Origin: Squalus acanthias
Taxonomy: Eukaryota
DNA length: 64,000 bases
NCBI GenBank assembly: GCA_030390025.1
Contig: CM059431.1
Coordinates: forward strand, 158,288,001 to 158,352,000
Reading direction: 5' to 3'
Shown here: positions 14,276-26,600 of the stretch, piece after piece
Numbering within the stretch: position 1 is the stretch's first letter
How the letters are laid out: each line of letters starts with the position of its first letter
Notes under the pieces: generated by a model
What the model saw: the letters and a program-made list of their open reading frames with translations, nothing else
Database searches by the model: none
Told to the model about the DNA's origin: nothing
Position numbers and translations under genes: made by a program

Positions 14276-15136
14276 TGTAGGATACGGTGCATCTGTATGA
14301 TTTAGTAAACATTATTAAGATTCTAAAATCATTTTTGTATAACTATAATATGTGAAAATGTATGTTAAAAACCTAGAAACATGTAGAAAATGGCGCTTGG
14401 CTGAGAACAAGGCAGGAGGGGGAAATTATGCCAACCTGACTAAAAACCTTTGTTTTCAATTACTGAAGTAATGAAATGAATGCTAAGTCTACGGAGACTG
14501 TCAGGGACGTGGTAATCGGTAACGTTATGGGAAAGAGTTAAGAGTTAGAGAAGAGAGAATGGGATTGGGGGCATCCCTCAGTAATACCACTATAAGATGG
14601 ACAGACTGCTTCGACAAAATCTTGAGAAATGATCTTTGAAAAGAGAACATCTAAAGCTAAGGGCACTTTTTTATGCAGAAAGGGAGACCTAGAGGAATCA
14701 ACAAGGTCAATAAATGTCCTATGGAGACTGACAAGGAAAGCAGGGATATTTACCAGGAGTCAGAGAGCTGATTACTGTCAGGTAGGCAAAAGGAAGAGAA
14801 AGGGTATAAAGATACAGATGTTGAACACTGAAAGCAGCTCGCACCGCTTAATCAGAGTTGAAGAAGCTTCAGTTAACAGAACACAGCAAGAACCAAGAGA
14901 AGCGAGCTTCAGTCAACAGAACACAACAAGATAATTAAGAGACCGCGCCACAGTCACTCGGAAGGAACGCCGAGGCTCAAACGAACAAGACTGTGACTGT
15001 CTCCTTGTTAATTATGACTTCTTTGTACTGGATGCTTAATGCTTAATAGACCTGTTTTACTTATACACTATATACCTGTACCAAAGTGCTTTGTGTAGTC
15101 ACGGACAAATTATTCTAAGAGCTTTTGAAAGATACA
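14276..15136 (+). mobile_element. Solo LTR (~861 bp), TGTA...TACA, 4-bp TSD CCGA
   Basis: ccga|TGTAGG at 14276 and GATACA|ccga at 15136. Interrupts the minisatellite. TATA-like ggtataaa near 14803. Orientation tentative. Confidence 0.85.
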
Positions 15137-15352
15137 CCGACACCCCACTAAGCAGCCAAACACCTACACCCCACTGACACATCCCAACATCTGCACCCCA
15201 CTCACCCAGACCAACCCTGCACTCACCCAGCCCAACACTGACAATCCACGGACACATCCCCACCCCACAGATGGCATTGCACCGTGTCTGGCACAAGACG
15301 GCGGGCAGAGTATTCTAGTGCACCGAGCCCACATGATGGTACATTAGCTCAC

Positions 15353-15510
15353 CTGGCAGAAGATTGTGGACATGCTGAAAATACTGTAAAGTTTCTGCAG
15401 GATCCAGGGATTGATTTGGAATGAGATAGCTTGCAGAAAAGATCCTGGCTGGGTAGAATAGCCGAATTACCCGATTTATCGGTTTGATGAGGCAAGATTA
15501 CAGTCTCCGC
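15353..15510 (-). pseudogene. Orphan coding-like exon fragment, copy 1 (..LPHQTDKSG/IRLFYPARIFSASYLIPNQSLDPAETLQYFQHVHNLLP)
   Basis: Strong donor CCAG|gtgagc, one frameshift relative to paralogue at 19060-19225. Protein not recognised. Confidence 0.35.
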
Positions 15511-16437
15511 AACAACAGATTTAATTTATATAGCTTTTTTAACGTAATAAGATGTTCCAAGGAACTTCGCAGGAGCGTTATCAAACAATATTTGATACCG
15601 AGCCACATATTAGGACAGGTGACCAAATGCTAGGCCAAGGAGGTAGGTTTTAAGGAGCGTCATAAGGAGAGAGAAGGAATTCCAGACTTTATGGCAGTAG
15701 AAGGTATGATCACCAATGACGGATTTATTCAATTGGGGGGTGCGCAAGAGGCCAGAATTAGAGAATTACAGAGATCTCGAGGTTTAGGAATTGGCGAGGC
15801 CATGAAGGGTTTTGAAAACTAGGTTGAGATTTATTAAATCGAGGTGCTGCCGAATCGTGAGCCAATGTAGTTCAGAAAGCACATGTGTGATGGGTGCTTT
15901 CTATTTCAAATCTATACAGACACGTCTCAGAAAAGCTGCATCAAATAGGTCAAATACGACTTGTCTTCAGCTAATCTGTTCCAGGCTCGGCTTTATCTCT
16001 AAATGTTTACTGATTCAACCTGGAATTACAGATTCGAACAGCTTAATCACAAATAACAGTCTAACTGGTCTGCAGTTACCCGGCTGATCCTCTCTGTCTC
16101 CATTTTAACAGAGATATTGTTTGGGCTCTATCAGTCTAGATGTACATTCATGATATTATATGAGGATTGAACAACTGTGTTCAGAGTCCCTTTTATTTAC
16201 CCTATGATTTCCTTTAACAATATGGGGTGCATTATCTCTGGGTCGAGTGACTTATCCACCTCAGCTATTTTACTCAGATTCAAATCCTTCCTTACACTAA
16301 TCTCCAACCATGGACCCACATCCCCCTTCATTACATCAACATTTTCACTTCCACCATCAAAGGAATTATTTTGTATCTACTCAAACCTTCACCCTCCACG
16401 AGTTTCCCCCAGCTCCCCCTCTATCTCACCTCCACTG

Positions 16438-16600
16438 TAACGTTCCCGCTAAGCTGCACGAACGCGCAGTTATCTGGAGATCCCGCGCAGGCCGCTTACC
16501 GGTTTTTCTATGTTAGATTTGGCACAAGCGTGAAATTGTGAATGGGCCCCGCAGATCGTTATAGGCAGATGCATCCCAAAAAAAAATAGCGGGAACATTG
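16438..16600. mobile_element. Short MITE with ~14-bp TIR (caaYgttcccgcta...tagcgggaacattg)
   Basis: Terminal inverted repeats visible. Second copy at 20134-20295. No clear TSD. Confidence 0.7.
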
Positions 16601-16699
16601 CTTTTTCACTTCTTATTGCTTATCTGTGTACATATGTATTACATAGAAATACAAATATACAGCACAGAAACAGGCCATTTGGCTATCCCAACCTAAAAT

Positions 16700-17345
16700 C
16701 ATATCAGTTGATTCCCTTCCCGCTGCTCCATTCACCTATACTTTAAAACAATTGTTGGTGGGTTGAGTTCGTAGCCGTCCCTTCCCTTCTCCGTGAACCC
16801 ATTCTAGTGCCCCAACAACGTGAATCCTTCCATCTCACTCCAGACAAGGAGTCCCACATTGACTTGACACATATTTCCTCATTAAGCAGCCCAGTGCAAA
16901 ACAATACAGAGCACCACCTTGAGACCTTGTCTTTAGTCTAGTGCCTCAGTATCAATATTCCCTCTATAAACGTATTTCTATTCGTGTTACTGATTCCGAC
17001 CTTTGGTAATTTTTGCTCTCCTTTCCTTCCCAGAGATGTTCCCACCTGTTCCAGGATGTTCTTCCCTCTGGCAACAGGGAGGCAACTTATCATTTTGCAC
17101 CAGCTCAGGGCTGCAGACGAGTCTTTATATTCCCCTGACTATAGAATCTCCCACCACTATTGATTTGCTTTTCCTGTGCACCACCTGCCTCTCACCCCAC
17201 TTGGGGTGGCCTCCTGCTCCCTGCTACTACACTGTTGCTCAGCAAGACACTCCTCTGAGTCACTGTCTCTATCCAACTTACATTCCCCAATACCAGATAA
17301 CTATTGGACTGTTCCAGTACGCAATGCCTCCCTCCAACTTTGGCT
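16700..17345 (-). mobile_element. Decayed CR1 ORF1 (esterase) remnant
   Basis: Similar to VVGDSIIRG/CLPGAR region of the CR1 at 49934-50434. Paralogue at ~22500-23155. Confidence 0.6.
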
Positions 17346-17494
17346 GCGATGTCCCTCTAGATGATCACTCACTTCCCTCTTTCTACTCAGCCCCTGTCCA
17401 GTTCCCTCTTCATGTGTGAGCTGCAGGTTCTTGCACGAGATCTGGACCCTATGTCAGGACAGAAATTATATTTTAAAGTATTTTCTGAACCTAC

Positions 17495-17558
17495 CTGTGT
17501 CCTTGCTCCTGCTCAGGCTTCTGGAAAAAATGTCTCCCCTGTTTGGATCTTCAACCAT
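17495..17558 (-). CDS. ATG exon copy 2: MVEDPNRGDIFSRSLSRSKDT + phase-1 donor
   Basis: 64 nt open, acaATGG, donor ACAG|gtaggt, acceptor tttattacag (exon starts 17590). Confidence 0.6.
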
Positions 17559-17789
17559 TGTGATGACAGGCGTTCTCAGTCGCTGACGCACTGTAATAAA
17601 TATAAAATTAACAGGAGGGATAGATGGAAATATTAAAATGAGAAGGAGAACGTTGCCTTGTTAAAAAATATATCAAGTCGCTGTTAGCTATGAGATCGAG
17701 CATTTCCCGAGTGTTACGATCAACTCTCCACATCAGGTGTGACACAAACAGCTGCCCAGTAAAATCCAGTGATGCCCGCTGATCGTGTG

Positions 17790-18450
17790 TGTGCATGTTG
17801 GCTGGCGCTGCGGACCCGAACCGTTCACTTTTATTTCCACGTTTTTCTCCACTTTTCCTTTTCTCTCTATCCCTCCCTGATCGCTCTCTTTTGTCATCAT
17901 GCCTCCTTTCATCTCTTCTTCTGGCACACACTGCTCTTCCAAATCCAAACACCAACGCTTCATTACTCTTCGAACTTCCTACTTTCCTGTTGACATCCCA
18001 GGTTTGACACCCTCTTAGATAAGTCTACAGCTTCCCTCTGTGTCTCTCTTGGCATCCTCCGAAATTCCCACCGTGGCACTCGTTGCTGCTTCCTCACGAG
18101 CAGCAATCCCAACTGTATTACCCTACTCTTTCGTCAAGCTTCCCGCCTAGCTCATTCGCTGTGGTCTTATCTTGTCAATCTCCTTCCCGTCTAACTCAGC
18201 CCTCCCAGTGCTGAACCTTTGGACACTGGCAGTGGATTAGACATCACCGAATCTCTCCGCATCTACCTCCAGAATGTTGATTCTTGCCATCCATGAGCAT
18301 ATCGTGGATGATTGCATCGAACACATGGCCCTGACGGAAACTTGGCTGAGGGGTGATGACACCTTACCCTTAAATGAAGCCTCCGCGCCGAGCTATAGGT
18401 TCTTCCAATTGCCCAACACAGACAGGCATGGCGGGAGTGCGGCTCTCATT
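17790..18450 (+). mobile_element. L2 5' fragment (endonuclease start), truncated at minisatellite
   Basis: MALTETWLRGDDTLPLNEA. Paralogous to ~1960-2600 and ~23620-24290. Confidence 0.8.
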
Positions 18451-19059
18451 AACACGCCCAAACAACCCCACTGTCCCAAACCCACACTAATACCCCACTG
18501 ACCCAGCCAACACCGACACCCCACGGACCTAGCCCCGACCCCCCCACTAACCCAGCCCCACACTGACAACCCACTGACCCTGCCCCGTCACCATCACTGA
18601 CCTAGCCGCGAAACCCTCACTGACCCAGCCCCGAAAACATCACTCACCCAGCCCCGGCACCCTCACTGACCTAGCTTCGACACCCTCACTGACCCAGCCC
18701 AACCCCGACACCTCACTGACCCAGACCAACACCGACACCCTCACTGACCCAGCGCATCACCGACACGCCACTGACCTAGCCCAACACAGATACCTCACTG
18801 ACCCAGCCCAAAACCGACACCTCACTAACACAGCCCATCGCTGACACACTCAGTGACCCAGCCCATCACCGATACTCCACTGACCCAACCCAAAACCGAA
18901 ACCCCACTCACACAACCGAACACTGCACTCACCCAGCCCGACACTGACAATCCACGGACCCAGCCCCACCCCACAGGATGGCTGCACACCATGTCTGACA
19001 CAAGAGGTCGGGCTCAATATTCTAGGGCTCCGAGCCCACAGGATGGCACTGTAGCTTCC

Positions 19060-19225
19060 CTGGCAAAAGGTTGCGGACAAGATGAATGTGCTGTAAAGTA
19101 TCTGCAGCATCCAGGGACTGATTCCGAATGAGATGGCGTACAGCAAATGTCCTGTCTGGATAGAATAGCCAAATACCCGACTTACCCGGTTGATGAGGCA
19201 AGATTACAGTCTCCACAGCAACAGC
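19060..19225 (-). pseudogene. Orphan coding-like exon fragment, copy 2 (VETVILPHQPGKSGIWLFYPDRTFAVRHLIRNQSLDAADTLQHIHLVRNLLP)
   Basis: Open frame (ORF 19022-19231) but donor mutated to CCAG|ggaagc. Confidence 0.35.
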
Positions 19226-20329
19226 TTTCATTTATAAAACTTTTTTAACGTAATAAGATGTTCCAAGTTACATCGCAGGAGCGTTATCAAACAAAATTTA
19301 ACACCGAGCTAAATATTAGGACAGGTGACCAAAAGCCTGGCTAAAGAGCTATGTTTTAAGGAGCGTCATAAGGAGAGAGATGGATTTCCAGACTTTATGG
19401 CAGTTGAAAATTCGGGGATGCGCAAGTGGCCAGAATTACGGGATCGCAGAGATCTCGACGGTTTAGAGTTGGAGGAGGTGACACAGATTGGGAGTGGCGA
19501 GCCATGGAGGGATTTGAAAACACTGATGAGAATTTTTAAATCGAGGTGTTGCCGGATCGTGAGCCAGTGTAGGTCAGAATGCACATGGGTGATTGATACT
19601 TTCAATAGATCTATACAGACATGTCTCAGAAAAGGTGCATCAAAAACGTCAAATACAACTTGTCTACAGCTAATCTGTTCCAGCCTCGGCTTTATCTCTA
19701 AATGTTCATTAATTCAACCTGGAATTACATGTTCGAACAACTTTCTCACAAACAACAGATGAATTGGTCTTCAGTTACCCGCTGATCATCTCTCCCCATT
19801 TTAACAGAGACATTGTTTGGGCTCTTTCAGTCCGCCTGTACATTTCCGATATTATATGAGGATAGAAAAATTGTGCTCAGAGTTCCTTTTATCTCCCCAG
19901 TGATTTTTCTTTAACAGCCTGAGGTGCATTATCTCTGGGTCCAGTGACTTATCCACCTCAGCTATTTTTCTCAGATCCAATTCCTTCTGTAATGTGATCT
20001 CTAACGGTGGACCCACATCCTCCTCCATTACATCAACATTTTCACTTCCTCTATCAATGGAACTCTTTTTTACCTGCAAAACCTTCACCCTCCACGAGTT
20101 TCCCCCAGCTCCCCCTCTATCTCACCTCCACAGCAACGTTCCCGCTAAGCTGCACGACCGCGCAGCTAAATGGAGATCCTTCTCAGGCCGCTTACCGACT
20201 TTTCCATGGCAGATTTGTCTCATGCGCGAAATTGTGAATGGTCCGCTCAGCTCATTAAAGGGTGCCGCACCTAAAAAATATTAGGGGGAACATTGCTTTT
20301 TCCCTTCTTAATGCTTACCTTTGTACATA

Positions 20330-21840
20330 TAGATTACTTAGAATTACAAACAATATAAAGCACAGAAACAGGCCATTCGGGCCAACCAGTCCATTTATGT
20401 TCCACTCCAGCCTCCTCCCATCCTTCCTCATCAAACTATCAGCATAACCCTGTATTCCCTTCTCCCTCATAGGCTTATCAAGCCTCCCCTTAAATGCATC
20501 TATAATATTCGCTTCAACCACTCCCTGTTGTAGCGAGTTTCACATTTTCAGCACTCTCTGGCTAAAGATGTTTCTCCTGAATTCCCTATTTCATTTCTTG
20601 GTGACTATCTTATATTGATGGCCTCTAGTTTTGCTCTTCAGCACAAGTGGAAACACTCTGTCTACTGTATCAAAACCTTAAGAATTTTAAAGACTTGTAA
20701 TATGTCACTCCTAAATCCTCTCTTTTCACGAGAAAAGTGACCAAGCCTGTCCAAACTTTCCTGATATGTAGAACCGCGCAGTTTTGGTATCATCCTTGTA
20801 AATCCTTTTAGCACCTACTCCATTGCCTCTATATGCGTTTTCTATAATACGGCGACCAGAACTGTACACATTACTCCAAGTCTGGTCTAACCAAGGTTCG
20901 ATACAAGTGTATCATAACTTCCCTACTTTTCAATTCTATCCCTCTACAAAGAAATCCCAGTGCATGTTTTGCTCTTGTTATGCCTTTATTAACCTGCGTT
21001 GTAACTTATAATGATTTGTGTATTTTTAATCCGAGATCAGTTTGTTCCACTACCCCATAAAGATTCTTATTTCTAAATAATTTGTGAACTCCTCACTTTT
21101 CTAACCAAAATGTGATAAAACACATGTATCTATGTTGATATTTATTTGCCAATGATATGCCGATTCTGCAAGTTTATTAATGGCTTCCTGTAAATTATTG
21201 AAGTCCTCCTCAGTGTTGACTATCCGTCCTTATTTGAGGTTGTCCACGAATTGAGTAATTTTATATTTGATTCAAAATTCTAAATCGTTCATGTAAATTG
21301 TGAACAACAGTGGTCTCAGCACTGATACTTGTGGAGCAGCACTATCCACCTTCTGCCACTCTGAATAGCTACCCTTTACCCCTACTCTCTGATTTTTGTC
21401 CTGCAGCCACCAAGCTATCCATTCTGCTACGTGTCCCTGACTCTTCATGCTCTCACCTCATTCATTAGTTTATTATGTTGCACCTTATCAAAGACCTTTT
21501 AGAAATCCACAGAGATTACATCTACCACATTACCCCTGTCTACTCTCTCTGTTCCCTCGTCAAAGAATTCAATGAAGCTGCTCAAGCAAGAATTTCCCAT
21601 TGAAATCCATGTTGAGTATTCATTATTATATTTTTGCTTGCTAGATTTTTTTCTATTTTCTCTTTCAGTACAGTTTGCATTATTGTTCCTACTACTGATT
21701 TAAGCTGACTGGTCTTTAGTTTCCTCGATATGTTCTATCCCCCTTCTTAAATATAGGTATAACGTCAGACATCCGCGAGTCCTCTGGCATGACACCTGTA
21801 TCGAACGAATTATTCAACATGTGTAACAGTGCCTTTTCAC
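20330..21840 (-). mobile_element. Old degenerate CR1 LINE (RT 3' half + 3' UTR)
   Basis: Reverse-strand similarity to the younger CR1 copies (e.g. ccagaactgtacacattactccaagt, acatgctgtttc-type tail). No long ORF. Confidence 0.8.
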
Positions 21841-23302
21841 TATTTTACTTTAAAATGCACGGATTCTACCTTAATATAGCGCCCAGGAAGAGCCTTTTCT
21901 TCAAAACATCTCTCTCCTCCTTTGAGACGCTCCTTAAAACCTCCCTCTCTGACGAAGCTTTTTGTTCACCTGTCCGAATATCTCCTTATGTGGCTCGGTA
22001 TCACATTTTGTTTGATAACGCTCCTGTGAACAGCCTTAGGACGTTTTACTACGTTAAAGATGCTATAGAAATAAAAGTGTTTTATTGTTCTTCTAGCCCT
22101 GTCCTGGAACCCTTTCTTGTTTATGGCGTCCACAATTATTTTTCTCCTCCTCAAAATGTTATGACCAGGAACATATCTCTGAATCCAGTGGAATCCCAGG
22201 CCCTGTAGTTTCGATACTAAATCACATCATCTCTCATGCTTCTGACTTTCCAAATGTCATTGGAATGATTTGTACATTTACAGGCATAACAGTCAATCCA
22301 CAATCCAACTCTTTGTAATGTTGATCCTATTTTAACTTGAATTTTGTTAACACCTAGTCAACTCATCTCAAACTACACGAAAACAGTCTTCCATTTTCCT
22401 GCTAGTAATTTTTCACTATTTCATAAATATTCTGTTTCAGCTCCAACAGTTTTATAAATTCCGCTCTTTCATCTCAGATGTGGATTATTGCCCCCCTACA
22501 TTCATATCAGTTGATACACTTCCCACTGCACCATTCAACTATTCTGTAAAACCATTGTTGTTGGTAGGTTCAGATCGCCACCGTCCCTTCCGTTCTCCCC
22601 GAACTCACTGTAGTGTACCAACAACCCGAATCCTTCTCTCCTGCTCCAGCCAAGTAGCCCCACATTGACTTGACTCATAATTCCCTTAATAAGCGTCCCA
22701 GTGCAAAACAATCCAGAGATAAACTCTTTGAGACCATATTTTTATTCAAGTGCCTGAGTCTTAATATTCCCTCTATACATGTTTTTCTATCCGTGTTACT
22801 GATTCCGAGCATGGGTAATTTCTGCTCTCCTTTCCTTCCCAGAGATGTTCCCACCTGTTCCATGATGTTCTTCCCTCTGGCACCGGGGAGGCATTTTAAC
22901 ATTCGGCACCTGCTCTGGGCTGCATGGGAGTCGGTCTATTCCCCTGAATATTAAAAGTCCCAACACTATAGATCTCCTTTTCCTGTGCATCACATGCCTC
23001 TCATCCCACTATGGTAGCATCCTGCTCCCTGGTACCACATTGTTGCACAGGAAGACTCTCCTCTGAGTCACTGTCTCTATCCACATTACAGTCCCCAATA
23101 CCAGGTATCTATTGAACAGTTCCAGTACTCAGTGGCTCCCTCCACCTGTGACTGTGATGCCCCTCTAGATGGTCACTCACATCGCTTTTTCTACTCAGCC
23201 CCTGTTCTGTTCCCTCTTCCTGTGTGAGTAACAGGTTCTTGCACGTGATCTGGACCTTTTGTAAGGACAGGAATTATATGTTAAAGCATTTTCTGAACCT
23301 AC

Positions 23303-23366
23303 CTGTGTCTTTCCTTATCCTTTTTGAAGATGCAAGATCTTCTTCCCTGTTTGGACCTTCAGCCAT
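23303..23366 (-). CDS. ATG exon copy 3: MAEGPNREEDLASSKRIRKDT + phase-1 donor
   Basis: 64 nt open, strong Kozak gaccATGG, donor ACAG|gtaggt, acceptor tttacag (exon starts 23398). Confidence 0.7.
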
Positions 23367-23619
23367 GGTCGGGACAGGCGTTCCAATATTCTGATGCTCT
23401 GTAAACATTATAATATTAACAGGAGTGTTAGAAGGAAGTATTAAAATAAGAAGGAGAACGCTGCCTTGTGAAACATGATATCAAGACCCTCCTCCCCCAT
23501 CAGTTCAACAGCTGTTAGCTCTGGGTGTGAACATTTCCCGACTGTTATGATCAACATGTCACATCAGGTGTGACAAAGACAGCTGCCCAATGAAAACCAG
23601 TGAGTTCTGCTGATCTTGC

Positions 23620-26600
23620 GTGTGCATGTTGGCTGGCGCTGCGGATACGAACTGTTCACTTCTATTTACCACTCTTTTCTCTCCTTTACCTTATCTCTCT
23701 ATCGCTCCCTGATTGCTCTCTGCTCTCATTATGCCTCCTTTCATCTTTCCTCTCTCGGATACACTGCTCTTCCAAATCCCTACACCAACCCTTCATTACT
23801 CTTCGACATTCCAAATCTCCTGTTGACTTCCCAGGTTGAAACCCTCTTAGATAAGTATACAGCCTTCCTCTGTGCCTGTCTTTGCATTCTCCGAACGGCC
23901 CACGGTGGCATTCCTTGCTGCCTCCTCACGAGCAGCAACCCCAAATGTATTATCCTACTCTTTCGCCGACCTTCCCGCACGCTGATTGCTAACCTTGCCA
24001 ATCTCCTTCCCGTCCAACTCACCACTCCCAGCGCTAAACCTGTGGACACTGGCAATGCGTTAGCCATCACCGAACCTCTCCCCATTTCTCTCCAGAATGT
24101 CCATTCGCCATCGAACAAGGTTCTTGCCATCCCTGAGATTATCATGGATGATTGCATCGACATCATGGCCCTGATGGAAACGTGGCTGAGGGGTGATGGC
24201 ACCTTACCCTTAAATGAAGCCACCCCACCTGGCTATAACTTCCACCACTTGCCCAGCCAAGACACCCATGGCGGCAGTGTGGCTCTTATCACCAAATCTC
24301 ACCTTGGTCTGTCTCCCTACTCCTCCACTACTTCATCCTCCTTTGAGCATCACACATTATTCCACAACTCTCACCACATTTATAATTCTCGTTCTCTATC
24401 CCCCACCCAAGTAACATTATAATTTTATCACCGAGATAGCTTCACTGATCTCTTCCCTCAGCATCTGCACCGAGCGACTTCTCATCCTCGGTGATTTCAA
24501 CCTTCATATCAATTCATGATGCTCTCTCTCCTCTGAGTTCACTGCCCTGCAAACTCCCTTAATCTCTCCCTCCACATAAACGCCCAAACCCATATTCAGG
24601 CCCACAACCTCGACCTTACCATCTCTCGTGGCCTCGCTACACCCATCGTGTCAATCGCAAATAAAGCCTTCTCCTACCATTTGCTTCTGTCACTCTCCTC
24701 CCACCTCCACTTTCTCTCCAAACCCTACTACAATCTGTTTCCTCCCCTCTAAAAAAAACTCTCTCCCAACTCTCTTACAACTGCACTTATGAAATCCCAA
24801 AAACCAGCCTTTGGCCCTCCATTCACCACAACATTTCTGCAGCTACCGATCTGTTCAACCACACCCTCACCACCACCTTCGATGCCGTAGTCCCTATTAA
24901 ATGAATTACACTGTCTCACCCTGGCTGTTCCAACAGGTATGGGTCTGATCTTAGCTCCCTTAAGTCCAAGAGACGCAGACTTGAACAGATATGGCGGACA
25001 ACTGGTTTAGTCTTTCGTCAACACATCTGGCTGGATCACATAATGCATTATGGGTTCTTGCTCTCGTCTGCCAAAAATGCTCACTATTCCAGAATCATTA
25101 TTGGAATGCAGAGCTAAACCCTGGCTTCTATTCTCCACGGCTAACCAACATCTTATACCCCTATTCCCTGTCTCCTCCACTCTCACCTCAAATAACAAGA
25201 GCGTGGAGCTCATGAACTTCTTTGTTTCTAAGATTGACACCCTACTATCAGCTGCCTCTGCCACTTCTCTTCCTTCCCTTAGCCCACCAGGCCAAACTTC
25301 TCCTAAGTCTAGCCCCTACCCCACCCCTGAACTCGCATTTTTCTCCAGTTTCTCTCCGATCTCCGCTCCTGACTTCGCCGTGCTCATATGAGACATACGT
25401 CGTGCTCCCTCGACCCTATTCCCAACAAACTGCTGAAATCTCAACTTCCTTGTCAGGTTCCTTTCTTAGCTGACATTGTTAACGGTTCTCTCTCCTCCGA
25501 TACTGTGCCCCTCTCCTTCAAACCTGCCATCATCACCACTACCCTCAAAAAAACAACGCTCGACTCCTCCGTCCTTGCAATCTATCGGCCCATTTCCTAC
25601 CTTCCTTCCCGCTCCAAAGTCCTTGAACATGTTGTCACCTCCGAAATCCATGCCCATCTTTCCCGGAACTCCATGTTTGAATCCCACCAATCAGGTTTCC
25701 GCCATTGCCACAGTACCGAAACGGCTCTCATCGAAGTCACAAATGACACCGTTTGCGACTTTGACAAAGACAAAATATCCCTCCACGTCCTTCTCAACTT
25801 CTCAGCAGCCTTTGACACGTTTGACCACTCCACAGTCCTCCAGCGCCTTTCCACCATCGTACAGCTGGGGGGTGGGGGGGGGGGGGGGTGGGTGGGGCTG
25901 CACTCGTCTGGTTCCACTCTTATCTGTCGTAGCCAGAGACACAACTGGAATGACTTCTCTTCCCGCTCCCACATGGTTACGTCTGTTGTTCCACAAAAAT
26001 CTATCCTTGGCCCCCTGCTATTCTTCATCCACATGCTGCCCCTTGACGACATCATCGGAAAACACAGCGTCAGTTCCCACATTATACGCTGACGACACCC
26101 AGCTCTACATCACCGCCACTTCTCTCGACCCCTCCACGGTCTCTAAATTGTCAGACTGCTTGTCCGACATCCATTTCTGAATGATCAGAAATGTTCTCCA
26201 GTCAAATATTGCTAAAATATTGTTTTCATTCCCGCCACCGACTCCATCCCTCTCCTTAACATCTGCCTGAGGCCGAACCACACTCTTGGCAAACATATAG
26301 TCATTTTTGACACTGAACTGAGCTTTCTACCACCTATCTGCGGCGTAACTAAGACCGCCTATTTCCACCTCTGTAACATCGCCCGTCTCCGCCTCTGCCT
26401 CATCTCATCTGCTGCTGGAACCCTCATCCATGCCTGTGTTACCACTAGACTTGAATATTCCAACGCACTCCTGGCTGGCCTCCCACAATCTACCCTACGT
26501 AAACCTGACGTCATCCATATCTCGGATGCACGTGTCCTAACTCACACCAAGTCCCGTTCACCCATCACACCTGTGCTCGCTGACATACATTGGCTCCTGG

